Under the pieces are notes generated by a model. It saw only the letters and a program-made list of their open reading frames with translations, did not search any database and was not told the DNA's origin. Shown one piece after another: positions 54,672-64,000 of a DNA stretch of 64,000 nt (the stretch's first letter is position 1; each line of letters opens with the position of its first letter). The DNA is from Adineta vaga (lineage: Eukaryota > Animalia > Rotifera). The position numbers were made by a program, and so were the translations under genes. The stretch is from contig CP075493.1 of NCBI GenBank assembly GCA_021613535.1, forward strand, positions 10,788,001-10,852,000, written 5' to 3'.

Positions 54672-56338
54672 TTATGATCGTTTTTGAATTTTAACAAGAA
54701 CAGCTTTCGGTTGACGAACTACATGTACCTCTTGAAGTTCGAATTTCTCTTTAATATGTTCACCAGGTACAATCTCATATTGACGAAGAAGGTCGATAAG
54801 ACATAATTTAATTTCCATTAAAGCAAATCGCATGCCAATACAATTTCTTGGACCTTGACCAAATGAAAAAAATGCCATTCGATGTCTTTCAGTCAAATGA
54901 CGTTCAGGTATAAATTCATATGGATCATCAGGACCCCAAAGATCTTTCGAATAATGTAATGAAAATATATCAGGTTGAATTATTGAACCTTTTTCAACAG
55001 AATAACCGCAAATAGTTGTATCTTTTGAACACACTCGTGACATTGCTGTTGTACCGATCGGATACATTCTTAAGACTTCTCGTACAAATACGTCCAAATA
55101 ATCCATTCGATTGATTTTCTCATCAGATTTATCTTCATGAATTTCATGTGCATCAATAACACTTCTTATTTTTTTTTGAAATTCAGGCTTTGTAGCCAAA
55201 ACGTATGTACAGTAACTCAATGCTGTTGCTGTTGTTTCATAACCAGCTGCTAAAAATAAGAAGACATTACTAATTAATTCGCTTTGACGAATGTGATGAG
55301 CGAGATGTTCTTCATCAACATTGTCCTAAAGAAAAGAAAATGAATTATTGAAAAGAATATATATGTGGTAACTAACGTTAATCGATTCTTTAGTCGTCGA
55401 ATTGATCATTAGTTGAAGGAGATCAACACGAGGATTTGTTTCATGTAAATCAATTCGTGTCTTGATAATATCGGTAACATGTGTCAAAAACCAGAAACGT
55501 GGATTTTCTTTTACACTCTTGACAAATTTATGTGCTAAGATTTGCAATATAATTTCAGTTAATGCTATATATTTTAATAATGGAGTAAGCCATGGAAATA
55601 ATTTACTAATTCGAACTTTCCAATGTTTTTCGGTGTTATCTGCAAACAGTAGTTCACCTTTTTGAATGTATTCGTTATTAACATCCTCTTGCAGATTTGT
55701 ATCAAGTCCAAATGCACATCGACCTTTGAACAACAACAACGACAATCATACTTTTCTTTTTTAGATCAAATAATTGTGGAACTTACAAATGATATCCATC
55801 GTTAAACGTTTATACAATGTACAAATATTGAATTCTTCTTTTTCATTTTCAAGTTGTTTTAATTTGTTCATTAATGATTGAAGACATTGATTCATCAATG
55901 GTGTCATTAGTTTCAATTTCATTGATGAAAATGTGGGATTAATAACACGACGTTGTCGACGCCATTGATGACCACTTGACGCAAATAGATTGAGATCTTG
56001 TTTCTTTTGTAATAATACTGTAAGTGGAAGATGTCGAGAATGAAATGCTGAAAATTGTTTGATATAAACTTCATCGAGAAATTCAACATCGGATACGACA
56101 TAAATGGGACGAGTGCCTTCGAAAATGCCATAGATAGAACCATATGTTTGAGTCCATTTTTGTAATTGAAGAGAAACAGAGTGAACAAACCAAAGAATCC
56201 GATAATGACCGAAGAAAAAGTCAGGAACTGGTCCAGGAATACCAAGTTGTTTGAAATAGTCATATTTAAGTTTTAGATTCCATAAATATATAATGACTAA
56301 TCTCCGAAAGAAATGAGAAGAGAGATAGTCAACGACAT
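54672..56338 (-). CDS. Cytochrome P450 (clan 3-like), 3 exons; apparent frameshift at about codon 13
   Basis: LGIPGP hinge; WRRQR; AAGYETT; EVLR; PER; heme motif FGQGPRNCIG. Confidence 0.9.
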
Positions 56339-57495
56339 TCGTTTAAGTGGCGAAAGAAAACAGTCGACGAGTAAAAATATTTTGATTACTTCGATTAATA
56401 TATAGATACGACCATGAAATGCTTGAGTGAATCAAGGTAATATATTTAGATTCTATATTTCGTTTGGGTCATGAATATATATCTAAATATTACAATTATA
56501 AAAGCAATAGCAAAAACGTGTAGCTTATCCTAGATCGATAAAACATTAATTATACTGTTTTTGTTATTTGAGTGATGCAATGGTAAATTCGAGAAGAACT
56601 TAGTTATTTTTAACTATAAAATACAAATCATGGAATCATTTCGGGTCATAAGGAAATATTTCTATCATTGTCGAACATATCGTTTCATTTGCTCGCAATA
56701 ACTAATACAATAATGTTCGAATAATTGCGATGAGCAATCTCAGAAATCCTCCCTTTGCGAATATTGATCGTTGAACACAAACGATACTGTATGCAAGCAG
56801 CACTAATGTGTCATCCGGTGTGAATTATACGCATAAATAGCACGTGAAACCAATTCAAGATACTTCATTAAAAGTATTGTGAATGATCCTAAATATTCAA
56901 GGGATTAGACAAAAATAACGATTCATCTATGTTTTCATTATTTGCCCTTGTGTCTTACACAGGTTTACGCGAAATATTGCTGATCGAGTAATCTTATATG
57001 ATGAGTTTGATACATTAAAGCGGATAATATCTCTCCATACGAATGATCAAAATAAACTCTTATACAATGGAGATTCAAATTTTAATTCATTTATTTCACC
57101 AATTTTGAAAGAAAAATATACATTCTTCTATAGTTGTTTTTTTTTCTACTTGCCACAATGAAGAAGAAAGGTATACTACGTAATAATCATATCCTTGAAA
57201 ACATCCATACTTTTTCAATAACAATGTTTCATCATCGGTTAACAGTATTAAAATAAAATGAGCATGGAGAACAATAAAAAGAAGCATCGGGACATTATTC
57301 ACATACGATTTCAAATTAGAAAAAAAGGACATTGAATTTATCATATGCTTTCAGTTTCTTGAGAAAAAAAGCAGATGTCGAATAAGTATTTGATTTATTT
57401 TTTCTTATTTATCTCTTCGATTTTCAAGCAATAAATATTCGTACCAGAAAATCTCATCGTAATAGTTAGATCATTACTCAAGAATTGTCGAAAGA

Positions 57496-59020
57496 ATGAA
57501 AGCACTAATTTTCATCCTGGGCACAATTCTCTTCTTGTCGAACTGCAACAATGCAGCATCTAATGTTCAACCATTGAATTACAAGAATAATGTACATTCG
57601 GTTTTGGTAAGCATATAGAAATAAATGAAATCCTAATTGAACTGTAATTCTTTCCTTTAAGGAACACACGACAAACACATCTGATCATGAAGATCTCTTG
57701 ATAGAAAGGGCGGTAAGCAGCAATTTGGCTGTAGGCAAACCGTCTTATGCCTCATCTACAGACGATGCGACGAACAGACCGGCTCGCATGGCTTTTGATG
57801 GTAATAGTGGTACACGATGGTCGTCCGCTTACGCAAATGAACAGTGGATATATGTAGATTTGGGTTCGATCAAACCAATTACAAGTGTTGTACTTCGGTG
57901 GGATACCGCATACGCGCTGATGTTTCAAATTCAAACTTCCAATGACGAATCAACTTGGAACACGGTGTATAATAACTACAGTGGAAATGGTGGTACGAAT
58001 ACCATCGCTCTATCCACTAGTGCTCGATACGTGAAAATGTATGCTTGGCAGAGAGCCACTCAATGGGGTTACTCACTGTGGGAAATGGAGGTATGGGGTA
58101 CAGTTACGAATCCACCTTCTGGACCGATCACTGTGCTCGATTATTTTAGAAGTATTAGCGGTCGACAAACTGTGATTGGTATTCATAATCGAGAGCCTAA
58201 CTCATCCCCTGCGATGCAGACCAATAGAATTAACAGTATCACGGGTCGTTGGCCAGCACTGTGGAGTGGTGATCTACTTTTTACTTCGGATGATGTTAAC
58301 AATCGATGGACAATGATTAATGAAGCATTGAATCAGTGGAGAGGTGGTTCAATTGTTCATATTATGATGCATGTCGTTCCTCCTACTCAATCCGAACCTG
58401 GTAACTGGGACGGTGGTGTCGTCAGTCGTCTGAGTGATGCTCAGTGGCATGATCTGATCACGAACGGTGGTACACTGAACAGAGCCTGGAAAATACGATT
58501 AGATAACTATGCACAATATTTGCTATATTTAAAAGATAAAGGTGTCCAAATTTTATTTAGACCATTCCACGAAATGAATCAAGGCGTTTTCTGGTGGGGT
58601 GGTAGAGCAGGTTCAAGTGGAACTGCAGCCTTGTATCGTTTGACGCGTGATTATCTTGTTAATACGAAAGGTTTGACAAATCTTATCTGGGTTTGGAATA
58701 TGCAAGATTTAGATCTCAACTGGAGTGTTTATAATCCTGGAAACAATTATTGGGATATTTTCTCACTTGACGTCTACAATGGAGATGGTTTTACCATTCA
58801 GAAATATAATACAGCTAGAAGCGTTGCCAGTGGTAAACCAATGGCAATTGGTGAATGTGCTACATTACCGACTTCGACTCAATTAGCATCTCAACAAAGC
58901 TGGGCTTTCGTTATGAGTTGGGCAGAACTTACTTTCAGTAGCAATACAAATTCACAAATTCAAGCTCTCTACAGCGCGTCAAATATCATCACAAAGGACA
59001 AATTACCAAAATTTGTTTGA
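57496..59020 (+). CDS. Secreted CBM32 (F5/8 type C) + GH26 beta-mannanase-family enzyme, 2 exons, bacterial-like
   Basis: Exon 1 signal peptide MKALIFILGTILFLSNC; intron 57608-57661; discoidin AFDGNSGTRWSS...WIYVDLG...YSLWEMEV; GH26 acid/base RPFHEMN..FWWG and nucleophile AIGEC. Confidence 0.92.
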
Positions 59021-59253
59021 AGGTGATCTCATACGCTTTTAAAATCCTTTCATATAAATATATATTGAATGTGAAAGTATATGTCTTCGTGGTGTACTCC
59101 TCAATTAGAATATGTAAAGATTGAAAGCTTATCATCCAGAAAAAAAGGTGTGCTTTCTGATAAGAATCATCACTTACAAAGTTGTTATAAAAGAAAGTAT
59201 ATATCGTTGAGGTAAAACAAAAAAAGGTTTTTTATGACTTCTTCTCAACTGTA

Positions 59254-60543
59254 ATGATATTTGCGACCGTCTTAGTGTTTTTATTGTGGATACATCCACT
59301 CGTAATATTAAGTTTAAATAATGGTTTAGCATTGACGCCTCCGATGGGTTGGTCTACTTGGAATGTTTTTCATTGTGATTACAATGAAACAGATATTATG
59401 GGAATAGCTGACACCATGGTTGCTAGTGGCATGCTATCTGCAGGTTATAAATATTTGAATATCGATGATTGCTGGGAAGCGTCATCTCGTGATCCAGTCA
59501 GTGGAATGTTAAAATATAATGAAACAAGATTTCCACATGGAATGTTAGCACTCGCAGATTATATTCATTCGAAAGGTTTACTCTTTGGAATGTATACAAG
59601 TTCAGGTGAATGGACTTGTCAAAACTATCCGGGCTCCTGGCAACATGAATATCTGGATGCAGCATTATTTGCCAGTTGGAAAGTTGATTTTGTCAAATTA
59701 GATTGTTGCCACCAGGATAATGTGAAAGATCGTGCGACGGCATTTACACGTTGGTCACAAGCATTGATGTCACAAAATCGTTCTATTCTCTATAGTTGTG
59801 ATAGTGATGAATTGATATTAAATGAAAATAATCAAGAATTTCCATTTCAATGGGCACCTAATTATTGTAACATGGCTCGAATTTGGTGGGATATCTCCGA
59901 TAGATGGGAATCTACGATGAATATCATAGATCACGTTGCAAATATTTACTATGCTTCTCAACCAGGATATTGGAATGATTTAGATATTTTAACTGTCGGC
60001 TTAGATCGACAAACATTGATAGAATATACTTCACAATTTTCATTATGGGCTCTTATTAGTTCACCATTAATTGCTGGAAATGATATTAGAAAAATGAGTA
60101 AAGAAGTAGCCAATATTCTTACGAATAGAGAAGTGATTGCTGTTAATCAAGATAAACTACGACGATCAGCAAATATGATACATCGAGCATTAGATGGATC
60201 TTATGAAGTATGGGCAAAACCGATTTATCATGAGAATATGTCACAGATTCATACAGTGAATAATTCACCACGTTTTACTCCATTGCCATTTCATGCTGTG
60301 GTCCTATTAAATCGTCGAGATATGGTATCAAATATAACTCTAGAATTCAATGATCTATTTGATCATCGTTTAAATCCTCATCCACCCACGCCTACTTGGA
60401 CTGCTAGTATACGAGATCTATGGCTTCATCAAGATTTAGGTCAATTTATCGAGACATGGACAGCTACGGATGTTCCTGGACATGGTATACGAATGATTAC
60501 AGTTCTATTAGTGAATGCCACCAATCATCTATATGTGTCTTGA
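59254..60543 (+). CDS. GH27 alpha-galactosidase, secreted, intronless
   Basis: LNNGLALTPPMGWSTWN; YLNIDDCW; DFVKLDCC; WNDLDIL; FSLWALISSPLIAGND; EVIAVNQD; RDLW. Confidence 0.93.
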   Translation: MIFATVLVFLLWIHPLVILSLNNGLALTPPMGWSTWNVFHCDYNETDIMGIADTMVASGMLSAGYKYLNIDDCWEASSRDPVSGMLKYNETRFPHGMLALADYIHSKGLLFGMYTSSGEWTCQNYPGSWQHEYLDAALFASWKVDFVKLDCCHQDNVKDRATAFTRWSQALMSQNRSILYSCDSDELILNENNQEFPFQWAPNYCNMARIWWDISDRWESTMNIIDHVANIYYASQPGYWNDLDILTVGLDRQTLIEYTSQFSLWALISSPLIAGNDIRKMSKEVANILTNREVIAVNQDKLRRSANMIHRALDGSYEVWAKPIYHENMSQIHTVNNSPRFTPLPFHAVVLLNRRDMVSNITLEFNDLFDHRLNPHPPTPTWTASIRDLWLHQDLGQFIETWTATDVPGHGIRMITVLLVNATNHLYVS

Positions 60544-60652
60544 TTTTTTTTTAATGTATTTGGTAATTCTTAGACAGAATATAAATTATATAGTGTGCAC
60601 ATAAAAGCAATACACAAAAAACTGTCAATATGAAAAAATAAAGAATTCATCT

Positions 60653-62669
60653 TTATTTAGTAAGTGTAATATTAAGCATCATAGCAGCATGTGATGCAAT
60701 ATTTGATGATGTATAGTTTCCTATAAATATTCCAAGATCTTGATGAGCCCATAAATCTCGTACAGTAGCTGGTTGATTTAATGGAAAACCAATATCCGTC
60801 CAATTAACTGTAATTTGTTCATTATCATTCTCACCTCGATTAAGTAAAATTACGGCTTCTGAATTACCTTGAAGTGCACCAGCCCATATTTCAAGTTCTA
60901 ATGGAGTTACTAAATATTCATTTTGATGTTTACTTCGTAATGTTCTATCTGTAATATTCCAAATCCAAATTTGAGTCTCTTGTTGATTACATACAAATGT
61001 ATTAACAGCTGGACCATCATTACCATAGGCATCCACAGTTAAACTACAATAAATATCTTTTCTTGTTAGTCAGATACATTGTTTTATCATCCGTCGACTT
61101 ACCAAAGTCCATTCATTTGAGAAGCAATAGTTTGATTCGATGTATTAACTATCCATTGTTGATTTTTACCTTGACATTGTGCATGTGGATCACCAATTTG
61201 ACAATTATCGAGAAAGAGATGCGCTGGTTGTCCTCCATTACAACGAAATATGGATAAACATTGTCCATTATATACGGATCGAATACTTCCATCTTGAGGA
61301 TTGTAGATCCATTGCCGACGTCGTAGATCGAAACTTGATGATGGTGATGTGTTGTTTGTAACCTGGACTCCACTGGATGCATTGGGCAGTTGAGCTGAGA
61401 AGAAAGCAATTTTCTTTCCTTGAATACCTAATGGATCTTGATTGACAGCAATGACTTCTCGATTTGTGAGAGTAGATACTGTAGTTGCACTCATCTTTGT
61501 TACATCACATCCAACAATTAATGGTGCTTTACTGATAGACCACAGAGAAAAATGAGTTCGATATTCTGTATCAGTCATACCACCATTACCAATTTCAAGC
61601 ACTACACAATATATATCCCAAAGAATGTTATCCATATTCATAATTTAAAAAAAAGAAAGATTTACATACTATCCGGATCATTCCAACCACCGGGTCCCGC
61701 CTTTTCTACTAGTCGATTGTTCTGAAAAGTAAAACATATATATATATATATATGTATGCAAAAGCATGTAGTAATTTAATTTTTACAAAATCAATATTAT
61801 TGATCATTGAAAACCAATTATCTTGAATATCATTGGTTGTTCTCCAACTGTTTCCAACATTAGGAGGCCAAGCATCATTTACAGTCACACCACCTTCAAA
61901 AAGAAAAAGGGAACATTTGAAGAAGAATGTTCCTTCGTATAAACTATAAACAAACCACATAAAGAATAGAATATCGCTCTTCCTGATGCGTTTAGTGCAT
62001 CGCGCATTTTTGAATATTCAACTTCTGTCGGTGTTCCATCGGTATTACAACTGTCGAGTTTCAAATAATCAACACCCCAACTTGCATAAGTATTTGCATC
62101 TTTTGTTTCATATCCTAGTGAACCAGGTCGACCAGCACAAGTTTTATATCCTCGATCTAAATATACTGTCGAGATAAAATTGTGTGACTGTCATCTATTT
62201 ACCTGAATAAAGGCCGAATTTGAGTTGTCTTGAATGAACATAATCAGCTAATGCTGCAATACCATTTGGAAAAGCGATTGGATCAGGTTGTATTGTTCCT
62301 TGTGCGTCTCGACTTCTTTGCCAACAATCATCCATATTAACTATATAAATCAAAAATACAATGACAATTATAGGACGCTAATTGACATGAAAAAGAAAAT
62401 GATACCGTATTGATATCCAGCTGCAGCAAGACCTGTAGCAACAATAGCATCGGCTGTTTGTCGTACGGTTGTCTCATTAATAGAACAATGAAAATGATTC
62501 CAACTGTTCCATCCTTTAACAGAAAACGAATGTATTCAGAATATTCAACTTAATTAGTAGAACCAGTTATTCTATTACCCATTTGAGGAGTACGACCTAA
62601 TCCATTATTTAATTGATGAGAAATATGTGTAAACCATAGAATGTATATTAATAGCAAACCTATCATCAT
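60653..62669 (-). CDS. GH27 alpha-galactosidase with inserted ricin-B lectin domain, intron-rich
   Basis: [17 protein letters not shown]; MDDCWQ; DYLKLDSC; SWRTTNDI; GGWNDPD; [14 protein letters not shown]; QxW repeats (RQW, QQW, QIW); VRDLWAH. Confidence 0.92.
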
Positions 62670-62991
62670 ACCACCGTATAAAAAGAAAGATAATATGAGT
62701 TACCAACAGAAAAAAAAGAACATCATCGTTTTATATTTACCATGCTCTATCTTTATCTATGTGATAAAACTTATTTGTGAAACAAAGTATTTTTTGTATG
62801 AACTCGAGAAATACTTCTATCAGATTCATTGATCTTGAGAGTAATTGTGAATGAGAGTATATGCATGAAAAACCTATTATAATTCAGTCTGTACATCCAT
62901 ATTTATGATATCTTTATTAAATATAAAAGCAACACTCAGTTGAATCCATCTACCTATCATTGAAAGAAGTAGCCAAGAAAGCGATATGTCT

Positions 62992-64000
62992 TCATTGTTC
63001 TTTGAAGTTCTTTTCAGAGGTTGAAGATGATGATACGTCGTCTGTGTTAGATGAAAGCGGTCGATCGGTTACTAAATTGAAAAGATAGAATGTTGGCTTA
63101 ACTCAAAGAAAGTATTCCAAAAGAAAACTAAGTTTTGTGGGAAAATGTGTTCCTCGCTTTACGGTTAAATTATGGCTATGCATGGCTGATTCTCTAGAAG
63201 TTGTACACAAAAATCAATGAATTTTCAATAAATTATCTTTACTGTTGAACAAGCTGGTCCGAGAACAAATGGAGAAAGTAAATAAGTTGGACGATCATAA
63301 TATTGTTGTGGATAATCAAAATATATTTGTGCATTCACATTCTAAGTGCAATTTAGAGTTGGATAAAATACTTCAGATACAGATATATAATTGACTTACT
63401 CTTGATGCATCTCTCCTGCTGTTTGAGCATCTAAAAAAAATGAAAATGAATTCAAATTGAAATATAGTTCTATATTGTCATTCTGCTATCTTTAACGTAT
63501 ATTAATATATAATTCAAACGCATCATATCCACCAGACAATTACTTATTCCTTGTAGTATTTGATGATGTTGAACAATTTTCCTTTGTTACTGATGTTGCA
63601 GTGAACGTTCATATATGCATCGTCGACGATTGACCTGTCGGTTGGCTTAAACAGATCATCGGGTGCTAGCTTTTCTCGCATTGTTCATATTCTTTTAAAT
63701 TTTAATTTCAAACACATAGATGCAAAAAGCTGTTTGTATGAAATATTCTGAAATTATTATTTTAATATGAAATCATAACGTTCATACTATTCATTATTCA
63801 TAGTAGTCAATTCGTTTTCATAGCGTATCAGTTGAAGTAGTAAGACATGATTGGGTGATGCTTGCTGCCGTCTAGTTAAAAGATATTCGAAAGCCTGTGA
63901 TACATTCCATTTTTTATGATGCATTAAATATGCCAATATAATGGTAGAAGAACGAGATACACCACGTTCACAATGTACCAAGACTCGGTATCCTTGTTGA
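62992..64000 (-). CDS. Dual-specificity protein phosphatase, 3' part; 5' end lies outside the window
   Basis: VLVHCERGVSRSSTIILAYLM...RRQQASPN. Downstream low-complexity exons inferred to a stop near 62992 (less certain). Confidence 0.8.

Noticed and set aside
57496-60543. Bacterial contamination or chimeric contig
   Set aside because: GH26 has a spliceosomal intron, and the flanks are AT-rich host-like sequence continuous with intron-rich genes.

Overview
AT-rich eukaryotic genomic DNA with many short (about 50-70 nt) GT-AG introns. The gene content points to a bdelloid rotifer (Adineta/Rotaria-like): ART-TPR, NHL-repeat, ARM-TIR-SAM, divergent nuclear receptors and several foreign-looking carbohydrate-active enzymes. 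This is an inference from gene content, not a database result. About 22 protein genes and 2 decayed relics were recognised. Highlights: (1) the 5' end of an oxidosqualene cyclase with cycloartenol-synthase-like motifs, missed by the ORF track, next to two tandem nuclear receptors; (2) a selenoprotein thioredoxin-glutathione reductase ending Gly-Cys-Sec(TGA)-Gly, with a clear SECIS, an extra hairpin after the UGA and an upstream ARE; (3) a compact CBM32-GH26 mannanase + two GH27 alpha-galactosidase cluster that could jointly degrade galactomannan; (4) an unusual multi-RRM/CCCH/pseudokinase protein; (5) a nuclear-receptor pseudogene eroded by microhomology-flanked deletions; (6) two MITE-like elements and a pre-miRNA-like hairpin; (7) small frameshifts in otherwise intact genes. 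Exon boundaries were read by eye and are approximate.
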